The position numbers and the translations under genes are program-made. A DNA stretch of 63,956 nucleotides, the filler included, from Pirum gemmata (Eukaryota), in assembly GCA_002812295.1 (NCBI GenBank). It is 13 parts of 13 records of this genome, joined end to end, with 100 filler letters (N's around TTAATTAATTAA, not from the genome) between each part and the next. Parts side by side here need not be neighbours in the genome. Positions count along the whole stretch, not along the records: positions 9,970 to 14,781 come from PDIN01000858.1; positions 14,882 to 19,721 come from PDIN01000859.1; positions 19,822 to 24,653 come from PDIN01000860.1; positions 24,754 to 29,606 come from PDIN01000861.1; 9 more parts are not named here. One strand, given 5' to 3'. Positions within the stretch are counted from its first letter, which is position 1; every line of letters begins with the position of its first letter. Of this stretch, positions 12,523 to 26,314 are shown one piece after another. Under the pieces are notes generated by a model, which did not search any database, had not been told where the DNA came from, and saw only the letters and a list, made by a program, of their open reading frames with translations.

Positions 12523-15464
12523 ATATAAATATTATTCAACTGTATCGTGATAATTATTATATTATACTAAGCACATAGACGTGACATAGTGCACGACGAG
12601 TGCACGACCAGAGTGCACGAGTGTGGACGCTAGTACATGTCGCGAATTCACGGTGTATTTGAAAGTATTAAATTTCCAAAGAAAATTAGGAGTACCAAGT
12701 GATCTACCCGAGTAGTTCTTTTTACCTTTTTCTATGATACCATTTTTTCTGCCATTTTTTTGTGACTCATTTTAGTCTTTTTGCACTCTTTTTGCTCTCT
12801 TTTTTCTCTTATTTCATCCAGCTGTTCTTTTTTCTCTTTTTTTCCTAGCTGGCGGGAGGGGGTGGGATCACGGCCACCTAAATTTAGGTGACTTTGCAAG
12901 AAAAGAAACAAAAAACAAAACTACAGAAGTGCTACAGTCTACAGACATTTTTAATTAATATTATAGTCTAGTGCTTTTCAGTTGTTTTGTCATCAAAAAA
13001 TAAACAATAAATAGTACCAAATTAATACAACATAAATCCATTTAATTTAATTTGGTATATTTTATTATCTATGTATTTATTTAAAAATGTCAATTTAAAG
13101 ATTATAACCCTCCAAATAAATATTCAGAGTGACAAAATAAATGAAAAGCACGATACACCAAATAGTTCTTCTACATTATATTATTATTATCACTACATCA
13201 TAGATGATAAAGTATGATAACTATGATATTAAACATACCGTTACGTATGATAATGAAAACGGGGTTGAATATTAAACTTGGATTGTTTCTTTCATTTTTT
13301 TCAAGGTCTGGGGCAGGGATCTGGGGGAAGGGTTAATTTTTTTTTTTCAGTGTTTAAAATAACCACAATATCATGCTATGTAATACGTAATTATTATAAT
13401 TATTATTATTAGAAACAGTATTAAAATATTTTTGTTTTTATTTTATTTTTACAATAATTGTTGTTGTTGTTGATGTGTTTTTGAATTATGAGTTCATTTT
13501 GGAAAAATGAATTGACCTGTATTAATAGTACTAGTGCATTATCATTTTCATTACTATATTTTTCCCAGCTGCAGCTCTAAGAAGTTAATTAAGAACAAGT
13601 GCAAAGGAATGCACTTACATATAGACTTGCATATTATATTATCTGGTATGATATCGATACAGTTTATGATACTGTTATAATGCTCTAATACAATATCAAT
13701 ACATATAACAAGTATTAATATAATAATTTTATTATGTACATGTAATATAACATTAACAAACAAATAAAATAAAAGATGAATATTGACAACTTTTACAATA
13801 GGCAAATTTAAAATACTGCAAAAGTGCTTACAATAATGTTATAGAACTATTATTATGCTATTTACATCCAAAGTTGTCATTTAGTTATCCTTTATAATAT
13901 AATTTTGAAAGACAATTTATTAATCGCTGAAAACATGCCTACAACAACAGCAATAATAATAATAATACAAAATTCAATGATTATTATCTTTTATCTCATG
14001 CTTAGCCGGAAACCAACAAAAACTCGGAAAACAAGTCGAAAAACAACTCACATTTTTTTTTTAATTTTCCTGCACGTGCCTTTTGAGGGCGTTACAATAG
14101 AATAAACTTATCAGCTATGATTATTTATATAGTATCATCAGTGTATCATCTGTGCTATTATATTCGGGGATACATACGCCCATCTTGTTTTCATAATTTT
14201 TAAATTCATAATTTTTCGTTTGTGATGTGTGTTGTGGTTGTGGTTGTGGTAGTGGTAGTGGCTGTGGCTGTGTGCTTGTATGTATGAATGTATGTAGGTA
14301 TGAATGTATGAATGTTTAACTATATATTAATATATATGTATGTATATATGGAATTAAATGTGGGTCTTTCGGTATATATATGTGTGTGTGTGTGTGTGTA
14401 AGACATGATAATTCTGTTTTAAAATTAAATTAATAAAATTACCCAATTTTCACAAAAACACAACATAATATTTATGTATGTACGCATAATTGTAATATAT
14501 AATTATACGCATGTATTAATACATAATATTATAATATGAGCTATATTAATCTGTACGCCTACTAGCCCCCCCCTCCCCCCGAGGGTCTAATAAATAATTA
14601 TGATATCAATAGTACTTACTCCCTTCCCATAGACACAACTATATATATTAATTATATATGGTAATCAAGTTCAAAAAGAGTAAAAAAAATAATAGTTAAT
14701 TAACAGTTTAAATAGTAGAGTATGGATATTAGTGTAGTACCTGCGGTAAGTATATCTATGATTTATAATAATAATAATAATNNNNNNNNNNNNNNNNNNN
14801 NNNNNNNNNNNNNNNNNNNNNNNNNTTAATTAATTAANNNNNNNNNNNNNNNNNNNNNNNNNNNNNNNNNNNNNNNNNNNNTAATATTATTATTATTATT
14901 ATTGCTATTATTATTATTATTGTCACCCTTATAGTATTATCAATATCATTTTAATATTATCATTGTTATTATCATTAACATTATGTTATCAATATGTTAC
15001 TATTATTATCATTATCATTAATATTAATATTAATATTATTATATTTATTATTAATTGAAATTATTATTATCATTATTATTAATAGTATTATTAGTATTAT
15101 TATGCGAATTATCAATTAACAGAATACACAACAAACACCACAAACACCAGTTGCTCAAACACAAACACCACAAACACCACAAACACCATAATTATACACC
15201 AGAAACACCAACAGTTACATAACAAACACAAGTACTACAAACACAACAAACACAAGCACTACAAACACAACAAACACAAATGCTATAAACACTATAATAT
15301 AAATGATAATAATGATTATAATGATAATAATTATATTAATAAAATGATAATACAGTACAATACTGTTGGCAGACTATTAGCAGTATAATGCTGAATATTT
15401 ACAGTACAAAAAAAAATAAAAAATAATATTATATTTGGCTACAAAAAACTAAATTTGCTAACCA

Positions 15465-15752
15465 TATTCTGCCCGGGCAGAATTTGGTCTTTTTCGAGAA
15501 AAGGCAGAATGGTGTTTTTCCTCTCTAACTCGATCAAAAATTAATTTTTTGAAAAAAAAAAAAAANNNNNNNNNNNNNNNNNNNNNNNNNNNNNNNNNNN
15601 NNNNNNNNNNNNNNNNNNNNNNNNNNNNNNNNNNNNNNNNNNNNNNNNTTTCGAACAGACCAAACAGACCAGAAATTCTGCTCGGCAGAAATCGAGCTTT
15701 TCGGGGCAGAAGGCAGAAGCAGAAAGTCGAGTTTTAGGGGCAGAATTCGGAG
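15465..15752. repeat. Dispersed repeat family E; reverse copy at ~53480-53780
   Basis: Near-identical blocks cagaccagaaattctgctcggcagaaatcgagcttttcgg and cctctctaactcgatcaaaaattaa on two contigs; many GGCAGAA motifs and a palindrome ttctgcccgggcagaa. Confidence 0.75.
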
Positions 15753-16638
15753 AAGTCTAACCATAATATACATAAATGGTGCATAGATTATATATGTAAG
15801 GTTTGGGAGGTAACGATTGGCGTTCAAATATTTCCGGTCAAGTACAGCTTCAAATACCCCTACCTACCTACCCCTTAACGTTAATTTCCGGTCAAACACC
15901 GCCTACCTATCTACCCTTGACGTGACTGGGAAAATGAGGTTAAATGACCCTAAGGAAAAGTTTTGGCTTGCACCAATCCCTAGCCACTGAGCCATGAACT
16001 TTCTCTGAAATAAGTTTTTATGCAATAGAATGTGTTAAAAGTAGAAAGTTCTCTTATTTATCCTTCTTTCATTGGCTGTAAATCATTCCGAATCATTCAA
16101 ATCAGAATATAGTTTGGTTGATAGTTTGGCCCTCTAGTATTTTGACCACTTTTGGCCGCAAGCTAGAGTTTGGCCTATGAATAAATGAATAAACACAACT
16201 AGTAGTAGGTCTCAGCGAAATTGTTAATTAATGTCATTCGCATTTGGAAAATACTACTAAATTTACAAATATTGCTTTTAATATTGTATCAATTTAGGTT
16301 TATTTATGATAACAAAACAACTAAAAAGCAACATTCTATATCATATATAGCTAGTCACTATAATATACCACTAGCTATCGTGTCCAATGTTCAGTTCAAA
16401 AACTGAAATAAACGTAATTATTATTATGGTTAAACTACCAGACATTTTTTAATTAATTTCGTATTTCATACTTTTAATGTTGTATTTTATAAACAAGTAT
16501 TAATACAATTTTACACTTTTAAACAGTTCCCAAATTAAATATTAAGAGAACAACTGTAATCGAAATAGACGATATCATGATATTATTCTGATAATGATAG
16601 TTATCATATAATTATATCGATAGCTATGATATTATATA

Positions 16639-16759
16639 AGGGTTAGGGTTAGGGTTAGTGTTAGGGTTAGGGTTAGGGTTAGGGTTAGGGTTAGGGTTAG
16701 GGTTTTAGGGTTAGGGTTAGGGTTAGGGTTAGGGTTAGGGTTAGGGTTAGGGTTAGGGT
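16639..16759. repeat. Interstitial (TTAGGG)n; other arrays at ~5632-5700, 17968-18033, 49134-49169, 50050-50080, 54061-54094, 56360-56415
   Basis: Direct reading. Confidence 0.9.
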
Positions 16760-17222
16760 ATAAACTCTATAGCTATAGACGGGGGTCTATTATAAAAACC
16801 CTAAGAGGCCCAGTAAGAGGCCCTGAGACTGTCGATGCGTACCAATACGGAGCGTTAAAATAATACGTCACGTCAAGGGGTAGGTAGGTAGGTGGTATTT
16901 AACCGGAAATTAACGTCGAGGGGTAGGTAGGTAGGGGTATTTGAAGCTGAATTTGACCTGAAATTGGCGTTAAGTAGTATTTGAATGCTCCCTTACCCTT
17001 ACCAGTAGGCTCACCTCACACCATTGATAGGACTCTGCCACTCTTTGCCACTGGACTCTGCCAGGTGGAGTCTGAGTAGACTCACTTTTTTAGTCGAATC
17101 AACATGTCTAATTGTAGAATCATAATTGATCCAATAAAATACCAATACGTAAAAAAAAAACTCCTTGGTAGCTCCTAAGCTGCTCCTTGCTTGGTAGTAG
17201 TAGTGGTTGGTAGTAGTGGTTG

Positions 17223-17589
17223 GGGAGCGTTCAAATACTACGTATCGATACACTTACGGGTTGGTAGGGGGGGGTAGAATTTTGTGACCAAAGTGTGACC
17301 ATTTAATTAGTGTAGGTAGGTAGATATTTCGCAATGTTACGTCACTCAAAAATATATATATATATGGTGGGGAAAAAAAAATGAGCTTTTTTTGGGATTT
17401 TTGAGCTTTTTTTGGGATTTTTTGAGCTTTTTTTGCTTTTTTGAGTATACTAATTAGGGTACTATTTTTTTTTAAAACGTTACGTCATTATGGGTAGGTC
17501 ATTTTTCTTGATGTTACGATGGTGTGACTTTTGAGTAGGTGGGTAGGTTTTTGCCGGAAATTAGCGTTACGTAGTATTTGAACGCTCCC
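17223..17589. mobile_element. PIF/Harbinger-type non-autonomous element (family C, long form)
   Basis: Perfect 22-bp TIR gggagcgttcaaatactacgta (17223-17244) / tacgtagtatttgaacgctccc (17568-17589), with a 3-bp TTG duplication on both sides. Confidence 0.88.
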
Positions 17590-18400
17590 TTGGTACCAGT
17601 ACCACTGCTTGGTATGAATCCGTATGATAGTAGCTTTGGTAACTCTTTGGTAGTTGGTACAGCCCCTGTCAAGTTTGTGAAGCTTTTTTTTTTCATAATA
17701 AAAAAAGGAAACTAGTCTACATCATAAAAAGACTATATATATAATATATATCTATATATAGATGTATTTAATCATATATATAGTAACAATATATATAAAA
17801 ATAGTAATAATACTATCGACTCTAGCTACTCGACTGTTAGAGACTAATTATTATTATTATGATTTATAAACAAGTTCAATTATACACTTAAACTGTACCG
17901 AATTAAAGTTTGAGACAACTGTAATGAAATAGACGATAGCTAGTCCTAGAGAATAGAGAGTAAGTAGAGGGTTAGGGTTAGGGTTAGGGTTAGGGTTAGG
18001 GTTAGGGTTAGGGTTAGGGTTAGGGTTAGGGTTATAATAAAGCCCGTTACCATGAGGTCTTACTACTAAGACCTCATGACGTTACCTAATCTTACCTATG
18101 CCACTTTGTCCAAACACTTTTGGTCATAATTTTAAAGTTCATTTTAATAATTAATTACTGCCTAAAACACTTTCGAACAATGACTTCTATCAAAGAATAA
18201 AAGTGATGTTTTAAGAATGTTATGATATGATGTTGTTGTTATGATAGGGTGGACTGTGGGTGGAGTGTGGGTAGTAATAGAGAGCTAGGGTGCGTCACGT
18301 CAATCGGTAGGTAGGTAGGCGGTATTTGACCGGAAATTAACGTCAAGGGGTAGGTAGGTAGGGGTATTTGAAGCAGAAGGTTAGGTTTTTTTTTTTAAAC

Positions 18401-18642
18401 TAACAAGCCGGATAAAAATGGCGACATCCGCCATATGAACTCAAAAAACCAAAAAAAAACTCAAAATGTTCCAATTTTAATTGAAGTACTACCAAATTTT
18501 GAGAAATGTATGACTAATAAAACTCTATTATGAACCAATTACTAGTTTTTAAAACCAATTTGGCTAGTTATTATTAAAGGTTTTAGGAAAAGAAGTCTAA
18601 AAAAGAAATGGTTTCTAGACTAGACAAAAGTTTTATCCGGCT
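18401..18642. mobile_element. MITE family D (TIR approx. ACCAAGCCGGATAAAA)
   Basis: caagccggataaaa ... ttttatccggc; homologous bodies at ~27912-27988, 35084-35385, 54435-54677, 57195-57417, 58433-58622 and 58819-59038. Confidence 0.7.
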
Positions 18643-19659
18643 ATCATAAAAATAAAAAAAAAAAAAAGATGGGGACTATCTAAATGCCGTAACAGATTTT
18701 TTTGAAAAGCCAATACAATTTTTTTTCGTTAACATCAATAATTTGCTAATAGCAAAATTGGCAAATCGTTTCCCCTGAATCGTTTCCAGCAAATGATTTT
18801 ATCATTTGAACTGGTATCGTGATTTTCATTTATTTTGTGACTCTGAATATTTATTTGGAGGGTTATAATATTTAAATTGTCATTTTTAAATCAATAGATA
18901 GATAATAAAATATACCAAATTGAATTAAATGGGTTTATATTTTATTACTTTGGTACTATTTATTGCATACTTTATGACAAAAACCAAAAGAAAAAAGAAA
19001 AAAGAAAGGGGCAAGACAGTGGCAAGACTGCAAGAAGAACAAGAAGAGCACTAAATTATTTTTGGCTTTTTTTTATATATAGTCTATTAGATAATTATCA
19101 TAATATCATATTAATACTAGTTTATTTGTTCATGCTTTTATTATTATTACTTTCAGTTGTTTTGTTATTTATATAAAACTAATAGAATAATATTATACAA
19201 TAAAGAGTATAAAATTATTACAATAAATTCATTTTCTTTGATTTGGTCTTATCCAGATATTTTAAAATATTGATAAATATATAAAAAGCACAACAGAGTT
19301 ACAATATAATATATTAATATAGACTATTATTTATTATTTATATATTAATAATCAGACACCAGACAAAAACAGTCTGCAAGAAGTACTCGAGTACTCGAGT
19401 AGCTATTGATATATTAATAATACCTGGTGGTATGGGTGGTATTTGGGTGGTATGATAAATAATATCGTTTGGTGCACAAGCAGCACAACAACCATAACAA
19501 AATCAATATCAACCACCACCAACCACCACAAGCCTATTATCAACAACCACGACTGTTTGGTGTCATAATATATATTTATACCGGATTGGTTCATATTTTC
19601 ACAATTATATTTATTATTATTATATTATTATTATCATTATTATTATATAACAAATTTAC

Positions 19660-19711
<52 letters not shown>

Positions 19712-20401
19712 TATGTAGTTTNNNNNNNNNNNNNNNNNNNNNNNNNNNNNNNNNNNNNNNNNNNNTTAATTAATTAANNNNNNNNNNNNNNNNNNNNNNN
19801 NNNNNNNNNNNNNNNNNNNNNATATATCGTAAATGGGCGAGTGTCGTTTCAAAAACTCGAAATTGTAGATTTACGAATATGCAACTATCCAACCCTGTTA
19901 ATTTTACGATTATTCGGTTTTATTTAGGCTCTATACATTTGGATTTAGATTCGGTTATCTAAATCTAATTTAATGGTGATAGAATGCAATTTAAGTTCTT
20001 TAGAGTGCCTGTTTAGGTTCGTTTGGAGTTTAGGCTCGTTTGGAATTTTTATGCTCTTTTATTATATCTAAATCTAGATTTTGATTTATTAATACTTAAA
20101 TGCAATTTAATGTCTTTAGTTGCATAGGTTTGTTTGGGCTTGTTCGCTAGGCCTCACACCATTTTCTCCTTTAAATTTATAAATTAAAATTATAAAATCC
20201 TTTATTATAATAACTGGATATTAAAATTATAAAATCCCTTAATTGGAAACTTAAATAAAATTTCGGCGGATAACATAATATTATTTTTTCCAGCGGATAG
20301 CATGGTTCAATTTTTTTCTAAACTTATAGAGGGAGGGGGGGGGTAGAGAGAGGGTTAAATGACGCCATATATATATTTCTATCCTCGGGCATAGGTTACT
20401 A

Positions 20402-20548
20402 TAGGTAGAGGAAATGAGAAACCCCTCTTCCATACTAAAGTATAGGGCTAGCTAACACGGAGGGAGAATTAGGTAGAGGAAAAGAGAAACCCCTCTTCCA
20501 TACTAAATAAAGTATAGGGCTAGCTAACACGGAGGGAGATTAGGTAGA
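20402..20548. repeat. ~70-bp direct repeat x2
   Basis: taggtagaggaaa.gagaaaccc.tcttccatactaa..agtatagggctagctaacacggagggaga occurs twice in tandem. Confidence 0.85.
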
Positions 20549-21696
20549 AAAAGCTTTTTATGATAAAACCCGCCGGCACCATATATGGTAAAACATGTTA
20601 CAAGTTTCTTTTTTTGGTTTTATGTCTTCTTATGGTAATATATGGGGTCTTTGGGCCGCTTACTTAGTTAGCAAGAAATAAAAATAAAATATATTATTGT
20701 GACGTCATCCGTGCTAGCTTTTTATTAAAATAATAATATAATATTATGTAATAATATTATTATTCTTGATAACAGAGTAACGAAGACCTGGATAATATTT
20801 ATAATATTCTTGATAGCAGTAGCAACATAAACTTGGATCAGTGGTTAAAATATTAAAAGTGTATTATAGTTAAAATAAATTAGTATAATATTATTGTGCC
20901 TTTCATTTATTTTGTCACTCTGAATATTTATTTTGTTGGTTATATTAATAATATTTAAATTTGATATTTTTTAATTAATAATTATATTACAAAATACACC
21001 AAATTTTATTTAAAATGGATTTATATTGCATTAATTTGGTACTCTTTACTATATAGTTTATGATGACAAAACAACTGAAAAGCACGACATATATAATATT
21101 TTAAAATAATATTAATATATTATATTATTATTATTATTATTATTAATATTATTATTGATAGCAGTAGCAGCATAGACCTGGATCATGTAGTGTGCTTTTC
21201 ATTTATTTTGTCACTCCAAATATCTATTTGGTTGTTTATGATATTTAAATTGACTTTTTTAAAAATGAATAAATAGATAATAAAATATACCAAATTAAAT
21301 GAAATGGATTTACATTGTATTAATTTGGTACTCTTTTTTGTATATTCTATGATGACAAAACAACCGAAAAGCACAATAGTGGTTAAATTATTAATTAAAA
21401 GTGTGGTTAAAATTTATTAGTATTATAATATCAAAATAATAATATACTATAATATCAAAATAATAATATACTTAATAATATTATTATCCTTGATAGCAGT
21501 AGTAACGTAGACCTGGATAATATTCTTGATAGAAGTAGCAACATAGACTTGAGTCATGTAGTGGTTAAAATATTAAAAGTGTACTTAAGTCCCTATTTGG
21601 ATAAAAAGATGTATATTATAAAATCATATATATCATCTTGTAATTATCACTTTCATCATTCTTACTACTGTCACCATCAACTTCACTAATCCTCAT

Positions 21697-22570
21697 TCAT
21701 GTTCTCATTTTTTCACTCAAAATCGCTCTTGTTCTTATTCTTATTCTTATTTTATATCTTTCGTTTTCATTATTCCTGGATTTCTTTTTATTCTTATTAT
21801 TCTTTTCATCCTTCTTTTTACTGTTGTCTTCATTCTCATAATTTTGACCGATTTCATTTTCAGTATTAATACTTTTCTTATTCTTATTTTTAATCATGTT
21901 ATTATTATTTGTTACCGATTCTTTCTTAGTGACTTTGTCTTCCTTTTGCCACAATGTTTGGCTTTGTCTAGTTCGTTTATCAATAATAATTCCGAGGTTA
22001 CTTTTCTTGTTAGTCCTAGCTTTTTTGTTAAAATCTTTCTCGTCGGTAGTGTTTTCAATCTCATCGGCTCGTGCAGTGTTTTTAATCTCATCAGCTAGTG
22101 CAGTGTTTTCAATCTTATCGTCTCGCATAGTGTTTCCAATCTCATCGGCTCGAGTAGTATTTTCAATCTCATCGAATCCAGTATTGTTTTCGAATTGAAC
22201 AGCAGCTCGATCGAATTTCTTATTGAGTTCTAAACTTTTTTTTGTTGTACTTCCATTTCCATGACTTATACCATGCTCCTCAGTATCAGCAGATGGCGAT
22301 TTATTTTCCTTTATTTTCCCAAAAACAGCACGGGCAGCGCGAGACCTAAGTATTACAGCCCGTTCGAACTGTGGTTTAAGTTCTTTGATTTTGGAATCAT
22401 AATTCTTATTACATGTCAAAACCATTTCCTTATCCACTTCTATTCTTCTTCCATTCTCGATATTGATACATCTTGATTTTTTTAAGGGACCACTTTCCAT
22501 ATCCCATTCTAAATCTCTGAGTTTTCTCTTTTTCTTCTTGGTTAGGACGTTAGTTGCTGGTGCTAGTGAA

Positions 22571-22640
<70 letters not shown>

Positions 22641-22754
22641 TTGTTGTTATTGAAGTTGCTGCTGCTGCTGCTGCTGCTGCTACTGCTTCTGTTGTTGTTG
22701 TTGCTGTTGTTACTGCTGCTGTTGTTGTTGTTACTGCTGCGGCTGCTGCTTCTG

Positions 22755-22796
<42 letters not shown>

Positions 22797-24450
22797 TTGT
22801 TGTTGTTGTTGCTGAATTAGTAACTCTTTTTGAAGTCGAAGTAGTTAATGATCTTGATTTTGTTTCTCTTCGTGTCTCTCTATCCTTTATTGATTCTAAT
22901 ACATCCGTTGTTTCATAGAAATCATCAATAAAAGGCTCTTCTAAATACATTTCACTTGGGGGAGGGTTTGGTAGAATTGGGGTCGTGGGTTTCTTTGTTT
23001 CACATGTATTTCGAAGAGTGCATGGTGTAGATGGTTGTTCCGTAGAAGAGCTTTGCTTTTGTTTGCCCTTCCCCCCTCTATTTTTACCTTCCTTTTTGTT
23101 TGTCGATTTTTTTGCCGATTTTTTTGTTGAATCTTTTTCCTCCACTTTTTTGGAACGAATCTTTGGTCGCCTCCCAATTCTGGGCCCCTTCTTGTGTCGC
23201 GAGCGTTTCACCAAGTTTACGTTTTCTTTTATAGTTTTCTAGAGCCGTTTTAAATTAGTGAGTGTTTAATTTTAGTATTAAAAATAAAGAAAAATTACAA
23301 TTCAAATTCAAATTATCAATAACCACCCGTTTGTATTATGGTTTTGGTGGGATTATTTTTTAATTTTAATTTGAGCCAATAAAAATTATTATACATATTA
23401 TTATATTACACAATAAAATAATGTTATACGAATGATATGATATATGTAAGTGAATTGGATTGTATAGAAGTTATCCGTTTGGATTTTAGTTTTGGTCAAA
23501 TCGTTGGGTCTATTTTTGTAAAAACATTTTAACTTAAGCGAATGAAAAATTGACAACAAAATATAATATAATCCATTATTAATATGTATTTTATGATATG
23601 GATATATATAAGTGTATCGGATTGTATAGGGAGTGATTAATAGATTTTTTTTTACCTTCTTCTCTTTTGAAATTTTCAACTTTTTAAAATTTTTAATATC
23701 CGAATCACACGATGTAGCTTTTTTCATTTTTCGTTTTATTTTCATTTCATCGTTGTATTTTTGGAGTTTATTAACCATAAACTCTTTTTTATGATAACCA
23801 CAATATATAGGACAGGATTCCTCTGGAATATTAAACGAAGGGTAAGTAGTACAGCCAGGAGCCCGACACATTTTACTAGTAACGTTAATCATCCCGTTCT
23901 CTTTACACTTGGCACAATAAGCTGGAGGTTTGTTCTCATAATTAAAGGCTGGTTGTGACCCACAACCACCTTTGCAACGCTTATTCACTACATCAATCAT
24001 CCCCTCCAATCGACATTTTTTACAATATAAAGGAACATTAATATTATGAGGGTAGTTAAAAGAGGGACGTTTTTCACAATCTTCTCCAACACATTCTTTG
24101 CTAATAACATTCTTCATGCCGGGAGTTTTACATCGGTTACAATAAAGTGCAACTTTCGAAGGTTTAAAATTATAAGAAGGCTGTCGCCCACATCCTCCAC
24201 GACAAAACCTGCCACTAACTACGTTGACCATATTATCATAAGAACGCGAACATTTTACGCAATAAAGAGGAATAGGATTGTTTAAATTATTGAAAAAACA
24301 CTTTCGACGACAGTTTTCAGTGATACATTTGTTTGGGTAGAGTAATACCATGCTTTTAGATTTGCAATCGACACAATATTCAGGTTCTGAGTATGAGATT
24401 GAAGGACCGAATAAGGCCACTTTCCCTTTACACATAATACATTGTTTCAT
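21697..24450 (-). CDS. EsV-1-7 cysteine-rich repeat protein with a long low-complexity tail; predicted exons 24450-23656 and 23238-21697 (~778 aa)
   Basis: About six repeats C-x3/4-C-x3-P-S/A-F/Y-N...LYC-x2-C/H-K-x2-GM-I/V-N/D-V, the EsV-1-7 motif. Phase-0 donor AAG|GTAAAA at 23655 and branch-like CTAAT plus TAG acceptor at 23239 join the two track ORFs in frame. Confidence 0.75.
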
Positions 24451-26314
24451 TTTATTTTCACTAGTACTGTGGCTTGGTGGTGTTTTGTTTGTGTGCCCGA
24501 ATTCCTATCGTGTGTTTGTTTGTTTGTTTGTTTGTTTGAAGTATTATATATGTTAGCTTTATTATGTATCATTTAATTATAATTATCATTATTATTGTTG
24601 TAATTATCATTATTATTATCATTATTATTATCATTATATTATTATTATTATTANNNNNNNNNNNNNNNNNNNNNNNNNNNNNNNNNNNNNNNNNNNNTTA
24701 ATTAATTAANNNNNNNNNNNNNNNNNNNNNNNNNNNNNNNNNNNNNNNNNNNNATGATAAGTGTAATAATGGTATTTTTATTTTATATCATGGCCTTTTC
24801 TAAAGGCATTTTTGTGTTTGTAGTTGTTTACTGGTACTAATAAGTGTTTGTTTTTGGTTTTGGTTTTTTGGTTTTGGTTTTCTCTTTCGTTAGGCTACTA
24901 CTAGCTAGCCAGCTAGACTCTACTAAGCTAGCAGACCCCCACCCCCTAGCTAGACCCCCCCACTGGACCCCCCACCCAAAAGCAAAAAAACTCAAAAAAA
25001 CCTGAGACGTCTATCGTGTTCAAAAACTGAAATAAACGTACCAAATTATAATTATGATTAAACTATCGGGCATGTTTTAATTAATTTGGTATTTTATACA
25101 TAATGTTGTATTTTATAAACAAGTGCAATTATACACTTAAATAGTACCAAATTAAAGATTGAAAGGACAAATAGACGATACAAACAAACAAAAAAATTGA
25201 GTTCTGAGAATAAAATTTGGAAATCTAGATACTTAATAAGTTAGTTTAAAAACCCTAATTTGGTATATATATTAGCTAAGCTTGTCTCACAATTTTTAAT
25301 TTGGTACGGTTTGATTGTATAATTGAACTTGTTTATAAAATACAACATTACATATAAAATACCAAATTAATTAAAAAATGTCCGATAGCTAAATTATAAT
25401 AATAATTTGGTATGTTTTTTCAGTTTTTGAACAGGTATTCTAAAATGATGTTATTCTCTCGATGTTCTAACTTCTAACTAGTCTAAAGACTCTAAACTGA
25501 CTCTAGACTAACTAAAGTCAATCGTAGAAATACAACATCACGAAGCACGTACGTATATTGGTTCCAACATAGACATGTTGTAGCTAATAATAATTAATTG
25601 TGGCATTCACAATCGTTAAAACTGATTGAGGTTTGTGCTGCGGTATTAGTAGTTATTATTGGCGACTATTTATTAGATTGCTGTGTGATAAGGGTATTTT
25701 ATTGTTGTTTAAATCTATACTATTATTGTTGTAGCGTATTAGAGTCGAGCTATAGTAGATTTTCTTCTTAACTAATTGAAAGTCTGTGTTGCTATAGTAG
25801 TAGTTATTATTGTTGGCTGTTCATTAGATTACTGTGTCTACACTGTTATTGTGGTAGCTGTGAATACTGTTTCTGGCTTACTGGTATTGTTGAAGGGCAC
25901 AAGTGTCGATTATTGATAGTACTATCATTCTGACATAGTGTTAAGTATTGCTATGTTTATGTTGTTGCTGTTACTACTACTCTGGTTACTGTTATTGNNN
26001 NNNNNNNNNNNGTGCCCAATATGTGCCCGAGCTAGTTTGTGTGGTCGTTACTGTTTTGGTTGATGGTCAAAGGGATTTGAACTTTGAGGGAAATATATTA
26101 TGTATATATATTGCCCCAGTTTTTGGGTTTGGTGGAAAAAGACATTTTATGTAGACCTCCTAAAAACTTGTTAATAATTTTATTTAATAAATTTATATTG
26201 TTCGAAACAATCATAACATTTCATTTTTCATTTAGAATAGTTACAATAGTAAAAAAAAATATTAAAAAAATTTAGTAATAAGAAAAATTAGTAAAATATT
26301 AAAAAGTAAAAATA

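Noticed and set aside
19405..19455. DJ-1/PfpI-like motif IDILIIPGGMG
   Set aside because: Too short, followed by a stop, with no supporting exons.
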